From positions 320,001 through 384,000 of the forward strand of contig CAWKKR010000008.1 of the NCBI GenBank assembly GCA_963850305.1: a stretch of DNA of 64,000 nucleotides. The letters are read 5' to 3'. Made by a program: the position numbers and the translations under genes. Every line of letters begins with the position of its first letter. Position 1 is the first letter of the stretch. The notes beneath the pieces are model-generated. The model made no database searches. It worked only from the letters and a program-made list of their open reading frames with translations, and had not been told where the DNA came from. Shown here piece after piece: positions 52,300 to 62,246 of the stretch. This DNA comes from an uncultured delta proteobacterium (lineage in GTDB: Bacteria > Myxococcota_A > Polyangia > Polyangiales > Polyangiaceae).

Positions 52300-53571
52300 T
52301 CAGGGGTTACAGCCGACCTGGGTGATATCCACGTTGCCGAGCAGCGCATCGTTGACCTGGCCGGACACGTTCGGGCAGCTCTCGGTGACGCAACGCTGCG
52401 CCGCGTAGCGCGTCGCCGCATCGCCGGGCCCACCGCCGCTCAGACCGGCCAGACCGGCGCTGTTCGCCCAGCAATCCGCGTATTCTGCGCCGTTCATCGT
52501 GCCAGTGCCGAGGACGTGCTCGCCCATGTAAGGAATGGCCGCCTTGTCTCCCATGCACCAATCCATCTGGGGGCTCTCGGGCCAATAGAGACCGATGAAC
52601 ATGCACATCTCGTCGGTCGTCTGCTGGCCCTGCGCGATGTCCCGCGCCTCCGTGTTCTGATAGCCGCACGACCATTTGACCCACTGACCCTGCTTCATCG
52701 GTATGGGCGGCGAATCGACCACCGCGGGCGGCTCGTTCCAGTTGGTCGTGTGGTAGAGCTGTTGCACCTCGCTGGTCGAGCCGAGGAGCGGATCTCCGTC
52801 GAGCAGCGAAGCGGTGTAATCGACGCCGCGCGCGTGCATGTGCGCCACCTGCTGCACGAGATTCACGTCCTCCGTCACCGGGCAAGACGTGGTTGCGCTG
52901 GCAGCGCTCGCCGCCGGGATCGCGATGTAGTTGTTGTACCAGAATATGACTCCGGCGCGCTGTGCGACCTGGGCGGTGGGGATGCTGTAGAGGTTTTCCT
53001 TGTAACACGCATGAACCGGATTTTCCGACGTGTTGATCATGTGAAAATTCAGCTCGAGCACGTCGTTCTTCGCGATCTTCAGCGCGACGTCGTCCGGAAG
53101 AGTTCCCTTCGCGAGCGTGGAGCGCGCATCGTCGACTCGCGCCACGAGCAAGCCCGAGACCTGATAATTCGACGCCAGGCTCTCGCAGTCGAGGGCCGTG
53201 GACGCATCGACGGTGTTGCCGGCAACGTCGGTGGTCGGCAGCACCCCGTTCGCATAAGATGTAGAGAGAACGTTGGCGTGGTGCGACCCTTTGGTGAACA
53301 TGCCCTCCGACCAGTTCATGTTCACGTCGTCACTCGCCAGGATGAGTTTGCACACCTGACGCTCCTGACCCGCGTCGAGCTGCATATCGATTGACACCTG
53401 GATCCCCTCGCCGGGCGCAGGGGGCGGAAGATCGAGAGCGTCGCACCCGTCGAGCGGAGCGCTCGCGCTGCCGATCGGATCGGGTGAAGCTGGGGCGGTG
53501 GTGTCACCGCCTCCGCACGCGGAAAGGATCAAAGCGGCCCCGATCGCGACGTACCCCTGGAAATGCGGCAT
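52300..53571 (-). CDS. Lipoprotein with copper type II ascorbate-dependent monooxygenase (PHM/DBH-like) domains
   Basis: LILSAC lipobox; candidate Cu ligands GSHHA, NFHM, AHMH and TDEMC. Confidence 0.85.
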   Translation of the reverse strand: MPHFQGYVAIGAALILSACGGGDTTAPASPDPIGSASAPLDGCDALDLPPPAPGEGIQVSIDMQLDAGQERQVCKLILASDDVNMNWSEGMFTKGSHHANVLSTSYANGVLPTTDVAGNTVDASTALDCESLASNYQVSGLLVARVDDARSTLAKGTLPDDVALKIAKNDVLELNFHMINTSENPVHACYKENLYSIPTAQVAQRAGVIFWYNNYIAIPAASAASATTSCPVTEDVNLVQQVAHMHARGVDYTASLLDGDPLLGSTSEVQQLYHTTNWNEPPAVVDSPPIPMKQGQWVKWSCGYQNTEARDIAQGQQTTDEMCMFIGLYWPESPQMDWCMGDKAAIPYMGEHVLGTGTMNGAEYADCWANSAGLAGLSGGGPGDAATRYAAQRCVTESCPNVSGQVNDALLGNVDITQVGCNP

Positions 53572-53688
53572 CCGGAACGACCTCTCTCGACCGGGCTTAT
53601 ATCGCGTCGGCGGCATCCTGGACATAGTCCGATCTTCGATGCGGGGGACGTCCCAAGCTCCGCTGCGGTAGCTGCCGCGCTCGCAGAC

Positions 53689-53866
53689 TCACTTCTTGAT
53701 CTGGTGCAGCGAAAACGCGATGCCTTGCGGATCCATCATCTGCGCCGCCCGGCCGCCGGGGACCTCCATCGGCCCGTTCAGGAGCTTGCCGCCTAGCTGC
53801 TTGGCCCGGGCTGGGGGTCGGCGACGACCGCGAAGCGTCCCACCGGCCGACATTCGAGCTCGCCAT
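53689..53866 (-). pseudogene. VOC/glyoxalase-family remnant with internal deletions
   Basis: AAGGAGGT RBS + MASSNVGR, then VGRFAVVADPQ in another frame, then ARAKQLGGKLLNGPMEVPGGRAAQMMDPQGIAFSLHQIKK*. These are pieces of a two-domain VOC protein in 178 bp. Confidence 0.75.
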
Positions 53867-54011
53867 GGCTACCTCCTTCGCGCGCGCGGAACGACGCGCC
53901 CGCGTGGCATCCTCGTTCCGCCCGAGACGAGTCGCAACCCCGGAAAGGCATGCCGGCCCTTCGTTCACACGGACGTCACCGCAAGCGATGAACGGTCGCC
54001 GACCCCGCCGT

Positions 54012-54965
54012 TCACGGAGACGCAGCGGCGTCGCGGACGTCGAGTGCCAGCTTGCAGCCGTCGAGGCGACGCGCGTACTGGGCGCGACGGTCGAGCGAGA
54101 TCCAGCTCGGATCGACGCGCCGGCGCTGGCGCAACAGGATCTTCTCCGTCGCGAGATCGACAATCGCGATCCGGACGAAGTGCGGCCGCTCGCCGTCGAG
54201 TTCCGAGGGCCCCGGGGTGTCGCCGGGTTCGTCGAGGACGGCGATGAAGAGTCGCGCCCGAGCCGCCTGCTTCGCCTCGTCGATCGGGGCCCTGGCAAAC
54301 GCATGTTCGAGCTCGGAGATATCGGACACACTGTCCGAGGTTCGGACGCGCTCCAGCCAGGCAGGCGAGAGGAACGGTAACCCGACGACCGCGGACCAGA
54401 GCCGATGTGCGTTCGCGACGACATCCGACGAACCTGCCGCGCGTACTTTCGTCAGCAGCGCTTTCTCGGATCGTTCACGCGGGGGCTCCGCCAGGCAGCT
54501 CAGGAACGCATCTTTGAACGACGCGACCTCCGCCTCCGCCATGGCGGCGCTCGTCTTGAATGAGTCGAGGGGACCGCGGAAGTAGATGAGGGGCTGCGCC
54601 AGCACCTTGTCCAGCGCTCCCGCCCGCAGTGCGCCGTCGAGCACGTCACCGTCGTAGGAACCGGCGAGCCGCCGTAACCAGGTCTCGGCGCGAACTACGG
54701 TGCGCTGGTCTTCGACCGTCAGAGACGACGCTTGCGAGGTCACGGCCCGCAGCAGCGCGCCCCGCGATGCGATGAGCTGTTCGTTGTCGCGGCGCCGGAG
54801 CACGACCAGAAAGATCGTGGCGGCGACGATCCCAAGCACCGTCGCGATCCGGAACAGCGCCACGAGCCGCGGCGCGAGCGCCGCACCGGGCGAGCCGCGA
54901 AGACTCTTTTCGATGCGCGCCGCGAGGGGCTTCGCCATCCTGGAATTGACGAGCAAGGTCGGCAT
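54012..54965 (-). CDS. Hypothetical single-TM protein
   Basis: MPTLLVNSRM... with one TM segment (VLGIVAATIFLVVL); 5 bp downstream of the MutS-like gene. Confidence 0.72.
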   Translation of the reverse strand: MPTLLVNSRMAKPLAARIEKSLRGSPGAALAPRLVALFRIATVLGIVAATIFLVVLRRRDNEQLIASRGALLRAVTSQASSLTVEDQRTVVRAETWLRRLAGSYDGDVLDGALRAGALDKVLAQPLIYFRGPLDSFKTSAAMAEAEVASFKDAFLSCLAEPPRERSEKALLTKVRAAGSSDVVANAHRLWSAVVGLPFLSPAWLERVRTSDSVSDISELEHAFARAPIDEAKQAARARLFIAVLDEPGDTPGPSELDGERPHFVRIAIVDLATEKILLRQRRRVDPSWISLDRRAQYARRLDGCKLALDVRDAAASP

Positions 54966-54970
54966 GGACG

Positions 54971-56626
54971 TCAGCTCCTGGAGCGCACGGAGCTCGGTCC
55001 CGCCTCGGCGAGGTTGCGCTCGACGAGCGCCATGAGCTGCTCGCCGGTCACGCCGAGCCGGGCCGCCGTCTGACCGGCGAGGGACGTGCGGGCGACGCCG
55101 GGGACGAACTGATACGTGGGCCCGTGATCCGCACCGAGCTCGACCTGCAAGAACCTGAGGTCCGAGATCTTTCGCTCCCGCTCGAGCCGCGCGGCGAAGG
55201 CCAGGAAGTGCGTCGTGATGAAAGCTTGCGGCCCTAGCCGCGTCAGCATGGAGACGACGAGCTCGAAGATCTCTTCGCCCTCGGAGGGATTCGTACCCGA
55301 GCACAGCTCGTCGAGGATGACCACGGCGCCCGGACGTAATCGCTCGAACAGGGCACGAATGCGCACGAGCTCGACGCCGAGGCGACCCTCTGCCTGGTCG
55401 GCCTTGGTCTCCTGGATGAGGGAAACGACGAGCCCCGGCGACAGGGCAATCGAACCCGAGCGCGCCGGAATGAAGACGCCGGACTGCGCGAGGAGCTGCG
55501 CGAACGCGACGGATTGCAAGAGACGGGTCTTGCCGCCCGAGTTCGGGCCCGTGACGAGCGTCGTCGTGTCGTGGCGGTCGAGCCGGAGGTCGCACGGCAC
55601 GACCTTCGGCGCGACGGAGAGCAGGAGCGGATTGAACAGACCGAAGAGCGCCCGCGGCGCGTTCGCCGCGACGAGGTCCGGCAAACAAACGTCGAGCCCC
55701 GCCTCGCGGGCCGCGTCGCGAAACCCGAGTGCCCCGAGGTAAAACTCGAGGTCGCCGAGGAGCTGCACGAGGTGGACGACGTCGTCCTGAACGCCGTCGA
55801 ACACCGCGTCGATCAACCGGGACATCACCTCGCGATCGCCGAAGCGAAACCCGCGCACGAAGAGCTCGAGCTTGATGAGCCAGCGGCGCCACGGAGACGT
55901 CACGAACGGGTTCGCGTCGTTGGCCTGCATCGACACGATCTCGAACCCGCGGATCGCGCCGTCGGCACCGATGCCGATCTTCAGATTCAGCGTCGCCAGG
56001 TTCTCGTCGTATCGAATCAGGTCCGCGAGCGACTGGAACGGTTCACTGGCTCGCAGCCGCCGGCCGAACGCCGAGAGCGCGCTCAGGCCGGACGTCGACG
56101 AGCCGAAGCCGTCGGCCATGCAATCGATGACTTCCTTCACGAGCTGGAGAATGTCGAGCTGCCTGCGATTCGGATCCCACTGCCGGCCGATCGTCGCGCC
56201 CTCGAAGAGCGTGCGGAGCCGGCAGAGCAGCAAGTAGAGCCGCTCGAACTCGCGCCTCGGCGCGGGCGCGCCGGCGAGCTCCGCCACGATCGCACGGCGG
56301 TGATGGACGATCGCAGGATCCGACGGTGGATGCGCAAGCAGCCGCGCGAGGTGCGCCGTCGAAGCGGCGTACGCCTCCCCCGCGGCTCGCACCTTGAAGC
56401 AAGACGAGACGAAGCTCTGAAGGAACAAGTCGTTCGCGAACGACGCGGGCTCCCAGGTCGAAGGCGCGACCTTGGCGCGATCCAGCGCGTCCCCGAAGAG
56501 CCCCCCGGAAACCCCGCTCGCGAACGCGAACCCGAGCGCCTGCTTCGTGCCGTCGAAATCGATGCGTCGCATCGGAACCGGATGAAGCAGGTCAGGAGTG
56601 ACCTCTTGGGTGGACATCACCCGCAT
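54971..56626 (-). CDS. MutS domain V-like ATPase (no mismatch-binding N-terminus evident)
   Basis: VTGPNSGGKT, QLLAQSGVFIPA, EGRLGVEL, ILDELCSGTNPSEG, ITTHF, TYQFVPG. Confidence 0.9.
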   Translation of the reverse strand: MRVMSTQEVTPDLLHPVPMRRIDFDGTKQALGFAFASGVSGGLFGDALDRAKVAPSTWEPASFANDLFLQSFVSSCFKVRAAGEAYAASTAHLARLLAHPPSDPAIVHHRRAIVAELAGAPAPRREFERLYLLLCRLRTLFEGATIGRQWDPNRRQLDILQLVKEVIDCMADGFGSSTSGLSALSAFGRRLRASEPFQSLADLIRYDENLATLNLKIGIGADGAIRGFEIVSMQANDANPFVTSPWRRWLIKLELFVRGFRFGDREVMSRLIDAVFDGVQDDVVHLVQLLGDLEFYLGALGFRDAAREAGLDVCLPDLVAANAPRALFGLFNPLLLSVAPKVVPCDLRLDRHDTTTLVTGPNSGGKTRLLQSVAFAQLLAQSGVFIPARSGSIALSPGLVVSLIQETKADQAEGRLGVELVRIRALFERLRPGAVVILDELCSGTNPSEGEEIFELVVSMLTRLGPQAFITTHFLAFAARLERERKISDLRFLQVELGADHGPTYQFVPGVARTSLAGQTAARLGVTGEQLMALVERNLAEAGPSSVRSRS

Positions 56627-56775
56627 TGGACACCGGATCGAACGGAAAGGTTCGTCCAAAAGCACCACCGTGACCGCCGATCTCCGTGCGCTGAACCCGG
56701 GCCGAGCCGTGCCAGCGCCCCTTCCCCTTCGCGGTCGGCACCATTCGACCGCGAAGGGGCTGCTCTTCACTCTCT

Positions 56776-57678
56776 TCAGCCGATTCGCGCAGCACCGTTC
56801 GCGGCGCGGCCGTTCACGGCGCCGGTCACGGGCGGCGTGGGTTCGGGCGGCGTCGGTGCCGGCGTGGGTTCAGGGGGCGTTGGTGCCGGCGTGGGGTCGG
56901 GAGCCACCGTTCGGTGCGTGCGGCCCGCGTAGAGCGACGGCGCGATCGTATTCACGTCGTCCGTGCGCCATCGGAGAAAGGAGATGGCGCGCCGGGCCTC
57001 GTCGTAGGCGTTCACCATGAGCGTGAACGCTTGCTGGCGAATGAGCGCCGTCTCCGCGATGACGGCGGGGGTCTGTTGGTGCTCCCCCGCAGCGCGCACG
57101 AGCTGGTCCCCGAGGTCCTTCGCGGCTTGCACTTCCTCGATGGTGAGCGCCGTCTTGCCCTGGATCGCCGTCCAGCAATCCCGGAACAAGGTGGCGTAGT
57201 CGATGAGGTCGAACCCCACGTTCTTGTAACCGGTATGGCCCTGAAACGCGGCGAGCCGCGCCTCGTCCAGGAGCCCCCGTTGCACGAGGGCCGCCGCGTC
57301 CGAACGCAGGGTCTCGCGCAGGGCGAGCGCCGCCTCATTCAAGGCGACGACTTCTTCTGCCGGCGCGACCGCGGTCACGTACCGCGCATTCGCTTCGGCG
57401 CATGCCTCGGCGTAGTCATCCAGGCCGTCGAGCACAGGCTCGTCGATCGGAAGGGTCGCCATCTCCTTCTTGAGCGCCTGGATCTGCGGCAGTGCACCGA
57501 GCACGGTCGCAATCGCGGTCGGAAGATCGATCGTGATCGGGATGAGCTCGGTCACGCTTTCGATCTCCCGGAGCCGCCGTTCGTAGGCCGCGTTGGTCTT
57601 CGAATGGTCCGGCAGCGACGTCGCGCGCCGGGTCTGGGGTTTCGGGGCAAGGGCCTTTTTGTGGTTTGGGTTCCTCAT
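56776..57678 (-). CDS. Hypothetical helical protein with C-terminal PTPAPTPPE repeats
   Basis: 300-aa ORF with a GGAAGGGG RBS-like sequence and coding-like composition. Confidence 0.78.
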   Translation of the reverse strand: MRNPNHKKALAPKPQTRRATSLPDHSKTNAAYERRLREIESVTELIPITIDLPTAIATVLGALPQIQALKKEMATLPIDEPVLDGLDDYAEACAEANARYVTAVAPAEEVVALNEAALALRETLRSDAAALVQRGLLDEARLAAFQGHTGYKNVGFDLIDYATLFRDCWTAIQGKTALTIEEVQAAKDLGDQLVRAAGEHQQTPAVIAETALIRQQAFTLMVNAYDEARRAISFLRWRTDDVNTIAPSLYAGRTHRTVAPDPTPAPTPPEPTPAPTPPEPTPPVTGAVNGRAANGAARIG

Positions 57679-57842
57679 GCCCCTTCCGACGTTGGCCGCA
57701 TGCAGACCCCTACGGCGAGAGGTGATTTATTTTCTCTCCGCCCAAAGGAGAGCGGCCGATTGGTCGGTCGCGCAACTCCACTTCAATTCAGCGCGTCCCT
57801 CACGTCACGAATTGCAGCCAGCAGCAAATTCCCGCTCACGAA

Positions 57843-58098
57843 GAGCGATCCGTCCTTCCCGGCAAGCACCGATCGCTTGAACTGAGCGATCCGTCCTTCC
57901 CGGCAAGCACCGATCGCTTGGCGCAAGCGACGTCTGCCTTCCCGGCAAGGACGGATCGCTCGGCGCAAGCGACGTCTGCCTTCCCGGCAAGGACGGATCG
58001 CTCGGCGCAAGCGACGTCTGCCTTCCCGGCAAGGACGGATCGCCTGGCGCAAGCGACGTTCGCCTTCCCGGCAAGGACGGATCGCTTGGACCGAGCGA
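57843..58098. repeat. Six-copy ~42-bp tandem array with internal inverted arms
   Basis: CCTTCCCGGCAAG at 57854, 57895, 57937, 57979, 58021 and 58063. AGCGATCCGTCCTT (units 1-2) is the exact reverse complement of AAGGACGGATCGCT (later units). Confidence 0.9.
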
Positions 58099-58148
58099 TG
58101 GGGCCCCTCGACGGAAGAGTTTGTCCAGCGGGCCGGACCGCCGCATCC

Positions 58149-58604
58149 TCACAGCATCGATACGCGCTTCATCAGCGAGCCGCAAAGCACCGACGAGGGG
58201 TTCCGTTCGCGCTCGATGGTGAGGGCGGATTTGAAGATGGCGCTCGCGCTCTCTTCGTTGCCGAGACTGACGTGGCACACGCCGAGGAGTTCGTAGTCGG
58301 CCGGCTCATTGTGGACGGAGACGAGCTCCGTCAGGATGGCCTTGGCGGCGACGTGGGCTTCCGTCATGGCGGCGGTCATCTTGGGGGGCTCACCCTTCTT
58401 GATGAGCATGAGCTTCAACGCCTGGCGCTGATCTTCGACCCGGTACGTCGCGAACTCGGCGCCCGCGAAGAGATCGCGATAGCCGAGGTACGAGCCGTCC
58501 ACGTCGCCTCCCTTGGCGAGAGCCATGATGTCCTTGATCGAACGCACGAGCGCTTCGTTTGCCACCTCGGGAGCATAACCCGGATTGCTCGATCTCATCG
58601 ACAC
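58149..58604 (-). CDS. Hypothetical TPR-like protein
   Basis: PADYELLGVCHVSLGNEESASAIFKSAL helix pair. Confidence 0.75.
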   Translation of the reverse strand: MSMRSSNPGYAPEVANEALVRSIKDIMALAKGGDVDGSYLGYRDLFAGAEFATYRVEDQRQALKLMLIKKGEPPKMTAAMTEAHVAAKAILTELVSVHNEPADYELLGVCHVSLGNEESASAIFKSALTIERERNPSSVLCGSLMKRVSML

Positions 58605-58723
58605 GTGCGGTCACTTCCACTCTCGGTCGGCGACCGGTCGAGCGCGCCTCCGGTTGACGATGCCGGGGTCGGTTCCGGGCGCGGGATCGGTTCCGGGGCG
58701 GGATCCGGGTGAGCGCGCCGACC

Positions 58724-59531
58724 CTATTCCGCGGCTATGGGATCAGGCTCGCGCGCGGATTGAGCGATTTCTTCCGCGAAATCGTTCGCCGCTGATTCGG
58801 GGACGAGACGCACATTCATTTCCGCGAGCAGTTGCCGCAGGAGGGGCTCTTGCTCTCCGTCCCCGAACCTCGCGAAGACCACCAACTTTTGCTGGAGCGA
58901 TGCGTTTTGGGAATGACGGAACAGCATATGGCCCTGCGCACCAAGCTTCTCCGCTTGGTCAATCGCGCGCTCTCTCGATGACGGGAAACCCTGCGGATGA
59001 ACATAATGGTGCGCACCGTTGACATACGCGAACACGACCTTGAGCGGTTCACTCGTAACCGGAACGATCACATTGCCTGGAGTGGTAATCGGAACGTTGC
59101 GCTTGTTCAAGAAATCTAGAATTGGCTTCACGTCCGGTGCGTGACCGCGGTTCCGCCTCTTCTCTGGAATGCAAACGAGATCATGGAGGATCTGCTCCGC
59201 GGCGACATCCATATCATCCACCGCAACGGTCCTCGGCGGAGCCAGGAGCAAAGCGTTCCCGTCTCTCCGCCCGAAGTCCTCCAGTATCTCCAAAGAAGGC
59301 TCTTCCGCCAACGCCGTCAGGGCTCGGTTTCGGAACGCCTGCTTCGCATGGGTGAGGCGATCATCGTCGAACGACGACGCGCCGAACCGTTGGCGCCTCG
59401 TTGTTGGGCGCCATCAGAACCCGGACGGCCTTCATCGCGGGACAGACCAGCACCGCGCCCACGTTTGCGCCCTCCGCTCGCCCTTGGTCGGGGACGAACT
59501 GGATCAGACTATAGAAAGCGCGTTCGGTCAT
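58724..59531 (-). pseudogene. DUF3037-like protein, frameshifted at ~59393
   Basis: Manual translation from ATG 59531: MTERAFYSLIQFVPDQGRAEGANVGAVLVCP. It continues in another frame (QRFGASSFDDDRL...) into ORF 58724-59311 (...LLLAPPRTVAV). Confidence 0.75.
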
Positions 59532-60341
59532 TTTCGCTCTCCTTCAAGGCGTAGCACGGGGTCCCACGAGCATGGATCAGCCAAAATCTCCTCCAAGTTT
59601 TCGGCCAAAATACCGCTCGGTGCGACAAAAATTGGCGAACGCATTCCGCAGCCTGCGGGGTCCAGCCCCACGGCCCAGGGACTCCCGCGGTAACTCGATC
59701 CGCGTCTGCCCGACCGAACAGCCGGAGACGTTCGGCGAACGACCGCATGGCATCCCGAGTGGTCCTTGAAACGAACTCGGGAAACAGTCCCAGCACCTCC
59801 GCGGACTTCGTGTTCTCGATTCGTCGAAGCTCGGTCCATCGCCCGCGTGCTAGGCAATGCGTGTGGTCCATGGCGAGAAGCAGCACTTTCCCTCTTGGCG
59901 CGCCACCCTCCGAGAATAAGACGTTGTTGACGTTCCTGCGGGTCTCGTTGCCGCGGATCCGATACCGATCCACGTTCAGGATCCACATATCCAGCGCGAT
60001 CAGTCCGGCGATATCTTCCGGATTCGCGACGACCGAGAGTTCCGCTTCATCACCGCCTCACGGGTGAGCGTCGATCGCCGTCGTGATGAAGGCAGGCCCC
60101 GGCGATGGCTGATCAGCGATCGGGTAGGCCTTAAGGTCCCGTTCCGTGAGATCGAGGATGCGGTGCTCGAGGGTCCGCAGCCCTAGCCAATGGGCGGCGC
60201 GCGTGACGAGTTCGCAAGCCAACGCCAGTGGGCCTTCTGGGTTGCCCAGGCCTTCACGTACGCGTCTCCTTGTTCAGTGTTCACGTGCGCCGTTCGCGTG
60301 CTTGATCTCCCGTCCGCACCGCCGCGCAGGCGCGGCCGCAT
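59528..60341 (-). pseudogene. HipA-like kinase with two frameshifts and an in-frame TGA
   Basis: TAHVNTEQGDAYVKA / LGNPEGPLALACELV (shift ~60250); TGA at 60058-60060; DMWILNVDR...NVNNVL...LLAMDHTHC; second shift in the A-run 59607-59610. The stop overlaps the DUF3037 ATG. Confidence 0.78.
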
Positions 60342-60858
60342 CTCGCCCCGAGGCCCGCAGGCTGGCCTAGCGGCGGCGAACGACTCTCGCCGCGCCCGTC
60401 ACTCCGGTGCGGCCCCCAAGATGTGTGGTCGCTGCGAATTCGTGCGCCCCCCGCCACCGCTCCCGAATCCGCCGGCTTCCCCCGGCTCCGCTCCCGCGCC
60501 CGGTACCTCACCCGGCGCGGCTTCCAATAGAGGCTACGGTCCCTTCCACGGGGCGCCTCACGAGTCGCAAACGATGCGTTCGTATTCGTTCGCGCTGGCG
60601 ACGCCCGTACGTCGCGAGAAGGCTCGGACCAGGAGAATGGTCAGGTCGTGAGCTCCTTCGGAGAGCGACGTGGCGACACTGCACGGCTTGCGATTTCCGG
60701 CGGTTGAGCCACGCGCACTCGGGGGAAGGTCTGCAAAAGTTTGAGTGCGGGCGCCAATTTCCGTCGCGCATGGCGAGTGGTGCGCGCCCCGGTGAAACCC
60801 TTCCGATAGTGCGACCGTTCGAGTACGCTCGTCGAGGTGTGATTCGTCGCCGGGAGGC

Positions 60859-61533
60859 ATGACCATGCTTAGAGCAAGCCATCGAGTACCGTTCATCGTC
60901 GTGTCGACGCTCGCCGCACTGATCGCATGCGGCGGCGGTTCCGAGTCGAGTTCCGGCGGTAACAATCTCGCGTGCGGTGGAGCCAGCGCGTGCGCGTCCA
61001 GTACCGGCGGCCTCGGCGATCAGCCACCGGGTCCCAATTGCGGGAACGGGCAGGTCGATCCAGGCGAGCAATGTGATGGCGAGGAGCTGGGAGGTTCGTC
61101 CTGCGGCGCCGCGACCTTGAACTCCAAGCCAGCTGGGATCCTGGGCTGTCTTCCGAACTGCACGTTCGACGTCAGCGACTGCACCTCTGACGGAGCAGCC
61201 GTGTCAGGCACGGGCGGCGCGACGGGAATTGGCGGCGCGACGGGGCGTAATGGCAACGGTGGACGCACCGGGGCTGGCGGGCGCGCCGGATTCGGTGGGC
61301 GCGCCGGATTCGGTGGACGCGCCGGATTCGGTGGACAACCGGCTGCCGGTGCGACGGGCAGCGGCGGGACCACCGCGGGCAGCGGCGGCTCCGACGCGAA
61401 CACTGGCGGGACGGCCGTCAGCAGCGGCGGCTCCGATACGGCGAGCGGTGGAACCGACACGACCACGGGCGGGACGAGCAGCGGCGGCTCCGACACGAGC
61501 AGCGGCGGCAGAACGGACGCCGGCAGTCTGTAA
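60859..61533 (+). CDS. Gly-rich lipoprotein with a myxobacterial Cys-rich repeat
   Basis: ALIAC lipobox; CGNGQVDPGEQCDG; GGRAGF x3. Confidence 0.85.
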   Translation: MTMLRASHRVPFIVVSTLAALIACGGGSESSSGGNNLACGGASACASSTGGLGDQPPGPNCGNGQVDPGEQCDGEELGGSSCGAATLNSKPAGILGCLPNCTFDVSDCTSDGAAVSGTGGATGIGGATGRNGNGGRTGAGGRAGFGGRAGFGGRAGFGGQPAAGATGSGGTTAGSGGSDANTGGTAVSSGGSDTASGGTDTTTGGTSSGGSDTSSGGRTDAGSL

Positions 61534-62246
61534 CGGGGGTCTTGACCCCCGCGGCTCGCTGCGCGACCGCTCCCCCGCCGCCTTCGCGGGCTCGCTCCGC
61601 TCGCAAGGGGGTCTTGACCCCCGCGGCTTGCTTCGCAACCGCTCCCCCCGCCGCCTTCGGCGGGCTCGTGCTCGCAAGGGGGTCTTGACCCCCGCGGCTT
61701 GCTTCGCAACCGCTCCCCCCGCCGCCTTCGGCGGGCTCGTGCTCGCAAGGGGGTCTTGACCCCCGCGGCTTGCTTCGCAACCGCTCCCCCCGCCGCCTTC
61801 GGCGGGCTCGTGCTCGCAAGGGGGTCTTGACCCCCGCGGCTTGCTTCGCAACCGCTCCCCCCGCCGCCTTCGGCGGGCTCGTGCTCGCAAGGGGGTCTTG
61901 ACCCCCGCGGCTTGCTTCGCAACCGCTCCCCCCGCCGCCTTCGGCGGGCTCGTGCTCGCAAGGGGGTCTTGACCCCCGCGGCTTGCTTCGCAACCGCTCC
62001 CCCCGCCGCCTTCGGCGGGCTCGTGCTCGCAAGGGGGTCTTGACCCCCGCGGCTTGCTTCGCAACCGCTCCCCCCGCCGCCTTCGGCGGGCTCGTGCTCG
62101 CAAGGGGGTCTTGACCCCCGCGGCTTGCTTCGCAACCGCTCCCCCCGCCGCCTTCGGCGGGCTCGTGCTCGCAAGGGGGTCTTGACCCCCGCGGCTTGCT
62201 TCGCAACCGCTCCCCCCGCCGCCTTCGGCGGGCTCGCTTCGCTCGC
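61533..62246. repeat. Tandem array of ten 71-bp multi-hairpin units (REP/MITE-like)
   Basis: Units start at 61603 + n*71 (n = 0-8), with one degenerate leading copy. Unit: GCAAGGGGGTCTTGACCCCCGCGGCTTGCTTCGCAACCGCTCCCCCCGCCGCCTTCGGCGGGCTCGTGCTC. No spacers. Confidence 0.95.

Noticed and set aside
57843..58098. CRISPR array
   Set aside because: The 42-bp units are contiguous with no variable spacers.
58671..60507. Terminal inverted repeats (58671-58697 vs 60481-60507, 23/27) flanking the HipA/DUF3037 module
   Set aside because: Both are low-complexity GC-rich hexamer-periodic tracts. There is no target duplication or transposase, so a chance match is plausible.
61533..62246. CRISPR array
   Set aside because: The units are identical end to end with no unique spacers, and no cas genes are present.
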